From Candidatus Poribacteria bacterium (GTDB lineage Bacteria > Poribacteria > WGA-4E > WGA-3G), in contig CBDANF010000003.1 in the NCBI GenBank assembly GCA_965197475.1, positions 2,144,001 through 2,208,000 of the forward strand: 64,000 nucleotides of DNA. The letters run 5' to 3'. The notes below the pieces were generated by a model, which was given only the letters and a program-made list of their open reading frames with translations, ran no database searches and was not told the DNA's origin. The position numbers and the translations under genes are program-made. Shown here piece after piece: positions 10,981 to 21,094 of this stretch; within the stretch, counting starts at the first letter, position 1; each line of letters starts with the position of its first letter.

Positions 10981-12198
10981 CTAAAACCAGAATCGCGACA
11001 TCAAAATAAGCTGATTCGTCCCTTCAAGTTGTCTTAACATACTTTTGCTGCTGATATCCTCATCAGGTTTTCGGTCAGCGTTAGGCAGATTTGCCCAATA
11101 GAACAGTGAAATCGCGCCGTTTTCCATAAAATTATATTGCGCGATAAATGTCAACCGCTTACCAGCATCACCTAAAACAGTTCTGTCCGGATCAAACAAA
11201 CCGTAACGGCCTGCTACAGTTAATTGCGGAAGAACACGGTATTTTGCTCCGAAGTAGTATCCCTTAGAATCAACGGCATCGGATGCGAAAGAGGCGACCT
11301 CATCGCTATTTCCAAAGTTGAATTCTCCTTCTAAACTCAAACCGGCGTAAGAGGCAGTTACAAACGCACCGATAAGACGTTCCCACTCTTCACCGGGTTT
11401 TTCAAATATGCAGGACACTCCTGCACGAATCGGACCAAGTTGTCCGCCGAGAGTACCGAGTGCGCCCTTGGCTGTTGCATTGCCAGCGTTGAAAAACGCT
11501 GCGTTGTAGAATGCTTTTCCGAAACTACCACCGAGTTCCAGTCCAACATCTCGTTTATTTGAACCGAGGCCGTAGCCTTCCCGGACAAGGATATTATGAT
11601 CCTTCTGTTTGATGCCGAAGGGTAGCCGAAATTGTCCCACTTTGAAGTAAAGATGTTTTGGAATAGCATCTACTGTGGCGAAAGCATTAAGTGTCGTGCC
11701 AACGTTGTTGGAAAGGGTTAAGCGAACCCGTTCTGAGGCTTGCGCGTTGAACGTCACCTCAGCTTGCATCAGAAGAAATCTGTCAACAGATGAATGGCAC
11801 GAGTTACATCCAGCTACTGTGCCCTCTTCTTCGTCTACATGTGTAGTTTTGATAAAAGCTGTCTGTAGATCAAGTGAGGTTATAAGTTGTTTAACAACCT
11901 CCTTTGCTTCTTCAGTGACAGCATCCATATCGAAATCTTCAGGAAACTCAAAATAGTTCTCTTCAAAAATTTCACCGATCCGATTGCGAGGACCACCACC
12001 TGCTGGGTCAATGTGGCAGAAATTACAGTCTTTGTCTAATTCAGCCGCAAACTCTGGTCGTGCTTCAGCGAAATCTGCCCAAAAAAGAGCTAACGAGAAA
12101 TTTGTTATCAGGGCAAATACCAACAATGCACGGAAACATTTTCGCAGCATAGTCCTGTCGTGAAAAGGTTTCATAAACCTACTGTGATATATCTTCAA
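10981..12198 (-). CDS. Outer-membrane porin-like beta-barrel with two CxxCH haem-c motifs
   Basis: Signal peptide; CNFCH and CNSCH; porin-like motifs KVGQFRLPFG and RDVGLELGG; amphipathic strands; C-terminal aromatic FWF. True start may be at an internal Met. Confidence 0.75.
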   Translation of the reverse strand: MKIYHSRFMKPFHDRTMLRKCFRALLVFALITNFSLALFWADFAEARPEFAAELDKDCNFCHIDPAGGGPRNRIGEIFEENYFEFPEDFDMDAVTEEAKEVVKQLITSLDLQTAFIKTTHVDEEEGTVAGCNSCHSSVDRFLLMQAEVTFNAQASERVRLTLSNNVGTTLNAFATVDAIPKHLYFKVGQFRLPFGIKQKDHNILVREGYGLGSNKRDVGLELGGSFGKAFYNAAFFNAGNATAKGALGTLGGQLGPIRAGVSCIFEKPGEEWERLIGAFVTASYAGLSLEGEFNFGNSDEVASFASDAVDSKGYYFGAKYRVLPQLTVAGRYGLFDPDRTVLGDAGKRLTFIAQYNFMENGAISLFYWANLPNADRKPDEDISSKSMLRQLEGTNQLILMSRFWF

Positions 12199-12293
12199 AA
12201 GCGTACTCCTTTTCTATTGTGTAAAATGCTAGGTTTTACTACGTTCTATCACTATGTGTCAATTTATTTATAAGTTAGGTTGCAGCGGATTAT

Positions 12294-12337
12294 TGTCTGA
12301 ACCAGGATTCACATGATTATCGGATTTACAGGATTAT
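12294..12337. repeat. Half copy of the TGTCTGAACCAGGATT repeat element
   Basis: Same end and GGATT sub-repeats as the element at 54173-54347. Confidence 0.7.
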
Positions 12338-12339
12338 AG

Positions 12340-12806
12340 AAGTCGCTCTTACAGAAGCCCCGATGACCGATACTGAGGTGCATAGACTGATTTGAGGCAG
12401 CTATGTAGAAACTGTAAGATCATAGGTTGTTACCCTTTGCAACGATCCCTTGGAAGCCTGCATTAGTCGGTCCTGTGTATCTTTCAATATTAACCCACGC
12501 CATGACGGTAACATCTTTGTCAACAGTGAGTATCTCATGATGGGAAACTTCAACCCAATCGCTGTCTCCGTTCAGCTTCACTGCCATGCCATATTTTCCA
12601 TTAACTAATTTAGGATCCCCTTTCAGTTCTCCATGGTTTTCATACTGTGAATGGTCAATCACTTTACCGTCACCATTAAGTTCATCAAAAGAGATATAAA
12701 GAACGAGTGAGTCGTCAGCTGCATTTAATCCGTAGGCAGAAGATACTACAAAGGTTAGCAACACGAAAAACGTGACAAACTTTACAAAGAGATAGTTAAT
12801 TGCCAT
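12340..12806 (-). pseudogene. LamG-like jellyroll protein, nonsense-mutated and truncated
   Basis: Signal peptide, SLVLYISFDE, GKYGMAVKLNG, VTVMAWVN; in-frame TGA at 12420 followed by SYSFY; coding lost at the repeat near 12337. Confidence 0.75.
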
Positions 12807-12839
12807 ACAATACCTTCTCCAAAAATAGTTGAATAAATA

Positions 12840-13500
12840 GGGTCGTCCTAAGGTTGTAACAACTAAACATAACTTAGAAAGGACAATCACCCATGCCTGA
12901 AATTATAGCACTGTTTACTGTTTTTATACCACATTTATCCGCAACGACGACCCGGCAGTTATCCGCTCTGTCATCGCACTGCTTGCGATGACAGAGCGGA
13001 TAACAATGTTAAATATATCTCGCTGGACTGGACAAGGAGGTAGCTACCGCACCGGACAACGCTTTTTCAACACTGTTATCCCTTGGGCTACGATCTGCTG
13101 TATGTTTTTTCGCACACATCTGCTTGATCGTGAAAGTGACTATATCCTCACAAGGACAAAACAATCGTGCCAAAATCGGGCGACTTTACCTATGGTTTAT
13201 CTCGTTTCTTTTCCTCATTGTATGGAAAACGATCCCCGCTTGGTGTTTTAGCCGTGTCCTTAGTGAGCGTCAATCAGCGACGCTCCTATCCAATAGTTAT
13301 GGAGCAAATCTTGCGTGACGACTCATCATTAAATCCGGGCGTTTCAACACAGGAACAGCGCGATGACACTGAGACAGCAGCAAAACTGAAACGCGGATGT
13401 CCAAAGGAAGCCGAAACCGGAACAAGGATGATATGGTCTCACCGATACGCTGAAACAACTTCAAACGATGGTTAAGACGATGCTATTGCAGATTCGCGAC
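12840..13500 (+). pseudogene. Degraded DDE transposase remnant (IS4/IS701-like)
   Basis: Frameshifted fragments from the ATG at 12893: MPEIIALF...TRQLS, MTERITMLNISRWTGQGGSYRTGQRFF, TYGLSRFFSSLYGK, KRGCPK; boundaries approximate. Confidence 0.7.
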
Positions 13501-13539
13501 TTGATCCCACTCCATTAATATTTATATTTCACCAAGATA

Positions 13540-14133
13540 TCAATCAAGTTCAGTAATAACATAGTCCATATCTTCAGCTTGAGCGTGACAACTCCAACAT
13601 ATCCCGTCAGAGGCGATAACTTTAAATTCAGCATCTGACGCATTTCGAGTATATTCAATGAATTCCCAATCATTATGGTCTGGATCACTGCCAGCTACCT
13701 TCCGCATAATCGCTATGAGTCCCACGTAGTCTTTATTTGGTCGATATGCTTCTTTTACGACGATGCTTCCATCCGGATATGGGAATTGCTGCTCGCCGTC
13801 AGGTGCGATGGTCACCCGTGTTTGGTTAACGTAAACGTTCTTTGTCCCTCTGTGTGGATCACTGCCTGCAACAGGTGGAATCGGTTCGGCATTTAATTTA
13901 AGCCACTTCTCATAACCTGCTACATCTTCTGGTAGCCCTGGCAGTGCGACAGCGGGTTCTTCAGTTTCCTGGTCTGTTTCTTCTTTAGTTGTTTCCTGAA
14001 CAAGTTCGTCTAACTGTTGTTCTTCTACACAAGACGTGAACATCACGCTGGACATTAGCACAATGGCAATCCCAAGGTAGACATTCAAAAAGTGGCGGAT
14101 GTGTTTTTTGCTTCGCATTATAAATCTCCTCAT
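13540..14133 (-). CDS. Cytochrome P460 family lipoprotein
   Basis: Lipobox FTSC; PYPDGSIVVKE; MRK...NDWEFIEY; C-terminal CWSCH followed by DYV. Confidence 0.85.
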   Translation of the reverse strand: MRRFIMRSKKHIRHFLNVYLGIAIVLMSSVMFTSCVEEQQLDELVQETTKEETDQETEEPAVALPGLPEDVAGYEKWLKLNAEPIPPVAGSDPHRGTKNVYVNQTRVTIAPDGEQQFPYPDGSIVVKEAYRPNKDYVGLIAIMRKVAGSDPDHNDWEFIEYTRNASDAEFKVIASDGICWSCHAQAEDMDYVITELD

Positions 14134-14406
14134 TTTAACATGCCTTTAGTATATAACAAAAAGGCAATCATAGCAATAATTAATTTATACCATACGTTTC
14201 GTTTATGTTTCAAAATTGAACGCTCAGATTACGAATTGTTTTACATAACCTTGACGTAGCAGAAATTGAAAATTGGGACGGAATTCATTTTTATTTGTCA
14301 TTCCAGTTCTGTTAATGTATCATATCATAATGGAGAATAGAGATTTAAACTGAACACTTCTATATGTCTAAAAGAATAAGTTGGTTTTCGAATAAAGGAG
14401 AAATGG

Positions 14407-15402
14407 ATGCTCAGAAACCTGTTTAAAGGTGGTGATAAAAACCGCACTGAACCGGAAGCTACGGATCAAAAAGAGAATTGGTTCAATCGCCTCAAATCCA
14501 GTTTAGCGAAGACTCGTAACAGTTTTATCTCTCAACTGTCAGGATTGCTTCGGGTTGGTAGAAAAATTGACGAAGAACTGATGGAGGAGATCGAAGAGAT
14601 TTTAATCCAAGCAGACGTGGGAGTTGATACGACTCTGACGCTGATGGATAACGTGAGAGAGACTGTGAAGGAAAGAGGATTAGGCGATTCTTCTGAATTG
14701 GGAACAGTCATAAAAGAGGAAATACTGCATCTTCTGGGAGAAGATGTTCCCTTGAAGTTTGAAGGTGAACCACCTTATACGATTTTAGTTCTCGGTGTGA
14801 ACGGTGCTGGAAAAACGACAACCATCGGCAAACTCGCAAGCCGTTTTAACGCTGATGGCAACCGTGTTCTCGTTGCTGCAGGCGATACATTTCGTGCCGC
14901 GGCGGAGGACCAATTGGCGATTTGGTGCAAACGCGCGCGGGCAGAACTAATTCGCGGCGGGGAACGTGCGGAACCCGCTTCAGTAGTTTTTGATGCTATT
15001 CATGCGGCAAAAAACCGAGAAGCAGACGTTCTGATTGTGGACACAGCTGGCAGACTCCATACCAAAAAACCTTTGATGGATGAATTATCAAAAATCGGAC
15101 GTGTGATGGGACAAGCACATTTAGGCGCGCCTCACGAGGTGCTACTTGTCATTGATGGCACAGTAGGACAGAATGCACTAATGCAGGCTAAAATTTTTAA
15201 CGAGGCAGTGCCGATTTCTGGTGTAGTAGTCACGAAGCTGGACGGCACAGCGAAAGGTGGGATAGTAATAGCGGTAAAAGCCGAACTCAATGCTCCCGTC
15301 AAACTGATCGGCATCGGTGAGAAACTTGACGATTTACGGGATTTCGCGGGGGCAGATTTCGTTGAAGCACTCTTTGCATCAGATGAGACTGAAGGGACGT
15401 AA
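14407..15402 (+). CDS. ftsY: Signal recognition particle receptor FtsY
   Basis: GVNGAGKTTT, DTFRAAA, DTAGRLH, TKLDGTAKGG, GIGEKLDDL. Confidence 0.98.
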   Translation: MLRNLFKGGDKNRTEPEATDQKENWFNRLKSSLAKTRNSFISQLSGLLRVGRKIDEELMEEIEEILIQADVGVDTTLTLMDNVRETVKERGLGDSSELGTVIKEEILHLLGEDVPLKFEGEPPYTILVLGVNGAGKTTTIGKLASRFNADGNRVLVAAGDTFRAAAEDQLAIWCKRARAELIRGGERAEPASVVFDAIHAAKNREADVLIVDTAGRLHTKKPLMDELSKIGRVMGQAHLGAPHEVLLVIDGTVGQNALMQAKIFNEAVPISGVVVTKLDGTAKGGIVIAVKAELNAPVKLIGIGEKLDDLRDFAGADFVEALFASDETEGT

Positions 15403-15526
15403 CCCGCAACTTATGTAGTTTTTCTTGGCTGCGGGATACGTCCATCAAACAAGTGGCTTATACGAACAGTCTCAAGGAAGCTAATTATTCTTAATCACGC
15501 CTATTTACAACAAGAACTTGTTCCCG

Positions 15527-16141
15527 CTAAACTTCTGCCTCTTTCAGATAAGGGCGTAGATGTTTGCGGAGATTGCGATGTGCATGGAACAAGTGGGCTT
15601 TGACCGTTCCATCCGATCTGCCGACTACAGCCGCAATATCTTTAAGGGACAATCCATCCCAGTGACGCAGGATAAAGATTTGCCGTTGCTTGGGGGGCAG
15701 TTGACGAATCGCCTTCCGAATCTGGACTCTGAGTTCCTTATTCTCAGCAGCTTTGGCGGGGGAATCTGACCGTAAATCAGGAAAATTTGCCATCGGCAAT
15801 TCATCCGATTCGTCGGATTCGTATACCATTACTTCCGAACGTGCTTTTTTTCGTAAAAAATCAATACAAAGGTTGACCGTAATTCGGTAAAGCCAACTAT
15901 AAAACTGACACTGGTTCTTGAAATTACCTAACCCTTGGTAAGCACGAATAAACGCATCTTGCGTAATATCAAGGGCATCTTCATGGTTCGGGACAAAACG
16001 TTGAACTAACCGATAAGTGCGTTTCTGATAGCGGGTAAAAAGCGTATCAAACACAGCCGTATCGCCACTCTGAAATTGCTCAATCAGTTGGGCATCATCA
16101 TTACAGGCTGGAGGGATACTTTCGGGGCTTTGGGACTGCAT
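15527..16141 (-). CDS. ECF sigma-70 factor
   Basis: DALDITQDAFIRAY, FYSWLYRITVNLCID; region 4 LSLKDIA...GTVKAHL. Confidence 0.95.
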   Translation of the reverse strand: MQSQSPESIPPACNDDAQLIEQFQSGDTAVFDTLFTRYQKRTYRLVQRFVPNHEDALDITQDAFIRAYQGLGNFKNQCQFYSWLYRITVNLCIDFLRKKARSEVMVYESDESDELPMANFPDLRSDSPAKAAENKELRVQIRKAIRQLPPKQRQIFILRHWDGLSLKDIAAVVGRSDGTVKAHLFHAHRNLRKHLRPYLKEAEV

Positions 16142-16207
16142 GTTCTCCTCTTAAGTGTCATTGGCGGCCGGCAACTGAAACTCAGACGGCCGTTGATAGA
16201 ATAGAAG

Positions 16208-17086
16208 TCACCGATTTTTTTCTTTGTGGACGCTGCGAAACCATCGTTTATATCTGTGGCTATCTTGAAGCATTTGTTGGAGGATAAGTAATTCCTCATC
16301 ATCTTCGGCACAAGGGGCACCATCAAGTAACGCTAACAACTCCTCGTAAACTACTTTGTCTTCATCAACAAGTGCTGAGAGAAGTTTGTCAAAATTTTCT
16401 CCATGACCAAGTAGTGCGAACAACTGGTTCGTATGCCGAATTTCTTCAGAGGCGGCTTGGTTGAGGTATGCCGCAAGTTCGTGCTCATTCCGTTTCTCCG
16501 CGATTTGTGCAAGAATTAACCGGATCCCGACGAGTTTGAGTTTTACCTGTGCGAGTTCGTCAAGTTCCGTTTCAAACTTTTCTCGCAAATGGTCCTCATC
16601 ACGTGGATGTAACTGTGCATAACTTGGCCATACCGGTTTTGCCATCACCTGTTTCAACTTTTTCAAGCTCTCAATCAGGTTTTCCCGCTCTTCAGGTGAA
16701 AGTTGACCAAAGGTATGTTCCCAAAAGTCTGTAGCGTGTTGCACCCGTTCTCGGAAAAGTTGTTGTGATTGCGGCGTAAGTTGAATGCGGGCACGCCTCC
16801 GATCCTCATCACATTTACGACGGACAACCCAACCGTGCCGTTCAAGCCGACTAACTAAGCCAGAAACTGTATTGTGCGCAAGGCCTAAATGTTCACCTAA
16901 TTCACTAACATACATACCGGATTCTCGACCGTACCAATGAAGGTGCTGCAAAGCGTTGAACTGTACAATCGTCAGTCGATTGGGAACTACTTCCTGAATG
17001 AACCTGGATTTGACCGCCGCTTGGGCATGACGCATCACGCGCATGACGACATCAATTTCTTGATTGAACTCCGGATTTTGAGACAT
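16208..17086 (-). CDS. MarR-family regulator fused to a rubrerythrin/ferritin-like domain
   Basis: wHTH VSELGEHLGLAHNTVSGLVSRLE...DRRRARIQLT; C-terminal helical domain with AASEEIRH. Confidence 0.8.
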   Translation of the reverse strand: MSQNPEFNQEIDVVMRVMRHAQAAVKSRFIQEVVPNRLTIVQFNALQHLHWYGRESGMYVSELGEHLGLAHNTVSGLVSRLERHGWVVRRKCDEDRRRARIQLTPQSQQLFRERVQHATDFWEHTFGQLSPEERENLIESLKKLKQVMAKPVWPSYAQLHPRDEDHLREKFETELDELAQVKLKLVGIRLILAQIAEKRNEHELAAYLNQAASEEIRHTNQLFALLGHGENFDKLLSALVDEDKVVYEELLALLDGAPCAEDDEELLILQQMLQDSHRYKRWFRSVHKEKNR

Positions 17087-17119
17087 TTTCCAATACGTCC
17101 TATATGAGAGGTATATTCC

Positions 17120-17164
17120 GTCGTATACGACATAAATTATATCTCAAATTTCCGTGAATGTCAA
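17120..17164 (-). promoter_or_regulatory. Sigma70 promoter with a palindromic operator
   Basis: Minus strand TTGACA-N17-TATAAT (17164-17136); perfect palindrome GTCGTATACGAC at 17120-17131. Confidence 0.8.
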
Positions 17165-17208
17165 ATTAAAATGCAAAAAAGCTGGTTTTTATTAAAAATT
17201 CGCCATTT

Positions 17209-18945
17209 TTAATTGCTTCCAACCAAACGTTGTGCCTTCATCTTTCGTTTACGTTTGGATTTCGACTTCGTCTGTTTCGGTGTTGCATCGTCCTGAACAT
17301 TTTTATATTGCTGCTGATTCTGTTCTGCATCCACAATTTGTTCCTGCTGTGCTGCTTCATATTCGGCGTAGGTGCCTTCAAAAAAGCGCGTTTTCGGACC
17401 CTCTTTTGTGACATCAAAGATCAACAACTTTGTTGCCAAACTGTTCAAAAGAAAGCGGTCATGAGAGATAATGAAAAATGTCGCAGGGTAATCAGCAAGT
17501 GCCGCTTCGAGTGCTTCACGCGCTGGGATGTCCAGATGGTTTGTCGGTTCATCAAGTAGAAGGACGTTCGCATTTTCCAACAGCAGCTTCGCAAGTTGAA
17601 CGCGGTTCTGTTCACCTCCGCTCAAAATCCCAATACGTTTGAACACGTCATCTCCGGAAAAGAGAAACCTCGCTATAAAACTACGAATCTCTGTCTGCGT
17701 TTGGTGTGGACAAAGTTCCCAAATTTCGGTCAGTATATCATTATCCAAGTTGAGTCCTTCCAATTCTTGCGTATAATACCCAAGTTTAAGAGAAGAACCG
17801 ACCCAAAGATCGCCTTGTGTTGGTTGTTCCTGGCCCAAAATCATACGGAAAAGCGTTGTTTTTCCGGTACCGTTTGGGCCAATTATCCCAATTACGTCAT
17901 TACGGTACACCTCAAAATTTAAATCCGTGAATAGGACCTTGTCGCCAAACTGTTTACCAACATTTTGGCATCGTAGAATATCGTCTCCGCCACGGGCTGA
18001 AGGTGTGAAGTTGAGCTTCAACATTTGCGCATCGGGTTTCGGTTTTTCGATCTTCTCCAACCGCTCCAGTCTATTGCGTCTTCCTTGTGCCTCACGAGTT
18101 CGTTGCCCCGCTATATTGCGTTCAATGAATTCTTGTTCCTTTTCAATAAACGTTTGCTGTATTTTGAATGTCCGTTCCCTAACCAACTGCCCCATCGCTT
18201 TCATTTCACAGTACTTTGAGTAATTCCCGCGATAGATATTTATTTTTTTCGCATCCAACTCCCACACCTTGCGAACAATCTTATCCAAAAAATATCTATC
18301 GTGAGAAACAACTAGAACTGCCCCGTTGTATTCCGTATTGAGATAATTTTCCAGCCATTCAATTCCATTAATGTCAAGGTGATTCGTCGGTTCGTCAAGA
18401 AGTAATAGGTCCGGCTCTTCCAGCAGCAATTTCGCCAAAGTTCCCCGACTCTTTTGACCACCACTGAGGACGCGGATCGGTAGGTTGAAGTCCTGTTCGC
18501 TAAAACCCAAACCACCGAGCACGCGATTTATCAGATGTTCATAATCGTAACCACCGAGCCGTTCATGCTGTTCCTGAATACGTGCGTACTGCTCCAAGAG
18601 GTGTAGTGATTCTTCTGTTTCCATCTCCTCTGCAAGCATCAGCATCTTATCCTCAAGGGTGAGTCGTTTTTGAAAAACTTTGAGCATTTCCTGTCGTAAT
18701 GTACAGGCATGCTCCAACTCCGGTTCTTGGCTTAGGTATCCAATACGTCGCCCCTTCGCCAAAACAACTTCCCCTTTGAAATCGGTGAGGATTCCACACA
18801 TTATTTTTAGTAACGTTGTTTTTCCACATCCGTTACGACCAATTAACCCTATCCGGTCTCCAGGCGCGATTGCGACTGAAATATCGTCCAGAATTATGTC
18901 TGGGTCATAACGTTTTGTGACACTGTTTATTGTTACTAAAGACAT
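17209..18945 (-). CDS. ABC-F family ATPase
   Basis: Two ABC cassettes (GRNGCGKTT and GPNGTGKTT, LSGG, LLDEPTNHLD twice); no TM segments. Confidence 0.95.
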   Translation of the reverse strand: MSLVTINSVTKRYDPDIILDDISVAIAPGDRIGLIGRNGCGKTTLLKIMCGILTDFKGEVVLAKGRRIGYLSQEPELEHACTLRQEMLKVFQKRLTLEDKMLMLAEEMETEESLHLLEQYARIQEQHERLGGYDYEHLINRVLGGLGFSEQDFNLPIRVLSGGQKSRGTLAKLLLEEPDLLLLDEPTNHLDINGIEWLENYLNTEYNGAVLVVSHDRYFLDKIVRKVWELDAKKINIYRGNYSKYCEMKAMGQLVRERTFKIQQTFIEKEQEFIERNIAGQRTREAQGRRNRLERLEKIEKPKPDAQMLKLNFTPSARGGDDILRCQNVGKQFGDKVLFTDLNFEVYRNDVIGIIGPNGTGKTTLFRMILGQEQPTQGDLWVGSSLKLGYYTQELEGLNLDNDILTEIWELCPHQTQTEIRSFIARFLFSGDDVFKRIGILSGGEQNRVQLAKLLLENANVLLLDEPTNHLDIPAREALEAALADYPATFFIISHDRFLLNSLATKLLIFDVTKEGPKTRFFEGTYAEYEAAQQEQIVDAEQNQQQYKNVQDDATPKQTKSKSKRKRKMKAQRLVGSN

Positions 18946-18996
18946 ATTTTTGTAGGTGTGAACTACTTTCCTATTGCAAGGAAGTACTTTTGTGTA

Positions 18997-19923
18997 TTAT
19001 AGACGTATTGATTGCCAATTTACGCTGCGGGTAATCATCTCCATATATGTATCTGCTTGACGTGCATCAGGATAGCGGATATTGAATTGTCTAAACCGCC
19101 AGAACGCTATCGCGAGTGCAGCATAGTGAACAAAACCATCCAAACTGTGCCATTCGGCATCCGTTAAGAGACGTAATGCGTTGTAAGCGTCTAAAAAACT
19201 TTGGACGGAGGCGGCATCCAATTGATGCTGTGCTGTATAACAACATCCAATAATTGTCATCCCAACATCAACCAGCAAAGTATCATGGCACCCTTCTTCA
19301 AAGTCAAGAATCGCTACCATCTGATCGCCATCAAAAATGGTGTTGTCTAAAAAAAGATCTCCGTGTAGAAGTCCAGTAGGAAGAGATTTATCCAATTCCG
19401 GTTTTAGCCATTCAAGTTCCGATTTTAGCCATATAAAAAACGGATGTGTGGCAAATTGTGTGTCTTTCACCTCTTCCAGAAAAGGTGTTATTTGTGCGAT
19501 TCCCATCGGAAAACGTGGAAGTCCCGCAAGTGATGGAATACAATGTAACTTTGCCAACGCTTCGCCAATCTGCGCCGACACCTTTTGCGAAGGCTGTGGT
19601 GTCCCTCCATCCAAAAACGGATAGATCATTACGCGGTCGTTTGGAGTTACGAAAAGTGCATCACCGTTTTTCTGTAAAATCGGATACACTGTCGGGTACG
19701 CATGTTGACGAAGATGTGCCAACAGTGCGATTTGCATCTGAAGTTCATGGCGACTTTTCTCATCGCATATTTTCAGGAGGAACATGCCATCCGTCGTTGT
19801 CAACTTGAAATTGCTGTTTCCAAACCCACCCGGAATTCCCTCAAATTTCAGTGGTGTGCCGATTGCGTAATGTGCCACAATGTCCGTGAGTTCGGCTGGT
19901 GAAAGGGTCGTATAACGTGCCAT
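18997..19923 (-). CDS. thrB: Homoserine kinase type II (APH-like)
   Basis: MARYTTLS start, NSNF, HGDLFLDN, ILDFEE. Confidence 0.8.
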   Translation of the reverse strand: MARYTTLSPAELTDIVAHYAIGTPLKFEGIPGGFGNSNFKLTTTDGMFLLKICDEKSRHELQMQIALLAHLRQHAYPTVYPILQKNGDALFVTPNDRVMIYPFLDGGTPQPSQKVSAQIGEALAKLHCIPSLAGLPRFPMGIAQITPFLEEVKDTQFATHPFFIWLKSELEWLKPELDKSLPTGLLHGDLFLDNTIFDGDQMVAILDFEEGCHDTLLVDVGMTIIGCCYTAQHQLDAASVQSFLDAYNALRLLTDAEWHSLDGFVHYAALAIAFWRFRQFNIRYPDARQADTYMEMITRSVNWQSIRL

Positions 19924-19942
19924 GTGGTGCCACTGTTTTGGT

Positions 19943-21007
19943 TCAGTGGCTTGCGAACCATTCGCTAAAGATTTCGCTGTCATTTCTTTCAAACAAACGC
20001 TGCGTTATAATCGGGGTATCATTAACACGCTGCCGGGCATATTCACAGTATTCAGCATTGATGTCATAACCGATGTAATATCTACCAAGTTTTTTACAAG
20101 CAACCGCTGTTGACCCTGACCCCATAAATGGATCAAGAACCATAGAACTCGGAGGCGTGAGGAGATGTAAAAACTCCTCTACCACTTCCACCGGATAGAT
20201 TGCTGGGTGTTTATTTCCTTTAACCGCAGCAACGGGTGTCTCAATCACATCTCGCTTGAGCTTATTGCCATGAATCCGAATGATTGTAAATCCTTTATTC
20301 TTTAATTGTAATGTGCGTCCACCCATCTGTCCGCCGAATGGAACAGCATGAATGCCACGGATTTTCATCCGAAAACTTTGTGTTTTGCCGCGTTTTACCT
20401 CTTGAATAACCTCTGCCAGTTCAATCCGGGCAACGGCTTTCTCTGCTTCAGATAGATCGGATTCATCAATAAGCTCGAAATACCGCTGCCCAATGTTAGT
20501 ACTAGTTTTCTTTTTTGAGGGCTGCTGGGCACGCGATTCTGCCAAGAAAGCTTTGGGGTCGTAGAAATAGTCATCTGATTTTGCAAAATGAAAGAATGGC
20601 TCAGTACTACTGACAAGGCGGCGGCTAAATTGGCGCGGGGTCGGATTTTTTTTGACCCATGTGATTTCATTTACGAGTCTAACTAATCCTGTATCTGTGG
20701 CTGCGAGTGCGAAACGGTATGGAACAAGAAGTAAGTTACTGTCCTGGTACTTGTCGCCTATATTGAAAACTATATTGCCATCATTCCTCACAACACGAAC
20801 ACATTCGCGGAAGAGGCAAAGTAGCGTATCAACGTACTTACTAACATTAATTTCATTTCCCATCCCGCCTCCGTAATCGCGCTGCTGAAAATAGGGAGGG
20901 GAGGTAATCACCAATTGAATGCTACAATCAGGTAACTGCCGGATAAGTTCCAGATTATCCCCGCACAGTATTTGGTCAATTGGTAAGTTATCATCAGTAT
21001 AGGACAT
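19943..21007 (-). CDS. Orphan beta-class amino-DNA methyltransferase (probably m4C)
   Basis: Motif IV TSPPY precedes HPAIYP and motif I DPFMGSGST. Confidence 0.9.
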   Translation of the reverse strand: MSYTDDNLPIDQILCGDNLELIRQLPDCSIQLVITSPPYFQQRDYGGGMGNEINVSKYVDTLLCLFRECVRVVRNDGNIVFNIGDKYQDSNLLLVPYRFALAATDTGLVRLVNEITWVKKNPTPRQFSRRLVSSTEPFFHFAKSDDYFYDPKAFLAESRAQQPSKKKTSTNIGQRYFELIDESDLSEAEKAVARIELAEVIQEVKRGKTQSFRMKIRGIHAVPFGGQMGGRTLQLKNKGFTIIRIHGNKLKRDVIETPVAAVKGNKHPAIYPVEVVEEFLHLLTPPSSMVLDPFMGSGSTAVACKKLGRYYIGYDINAEYCEYARQRVNDTPIITQRLFERNDSEIFSEWFASH

Positions 21008-21094
21008 ACTTCATACTCCTTTTCTACGGTCAACAACAAGATAGTTCAGTGGCGCGTTGATTGTAAAAGTTACCATGTGATGTAACGTGAGATG

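Noticed and set aside
12418-12425. In-frame TGA in the LamG gene as selenocysteine or readthrough
   Set aside because: The gene is truncated shortly after anyway and no SECIS-like hairpin was evident; a nonsense mutation is simpler
21008-21094. Cognate restriction endonuclease for the methyltransferase
   Set aside because: Under 90 bp is available and there is no recognisable nuclease motif; neighbours are thrB and a TPR lipoprotein
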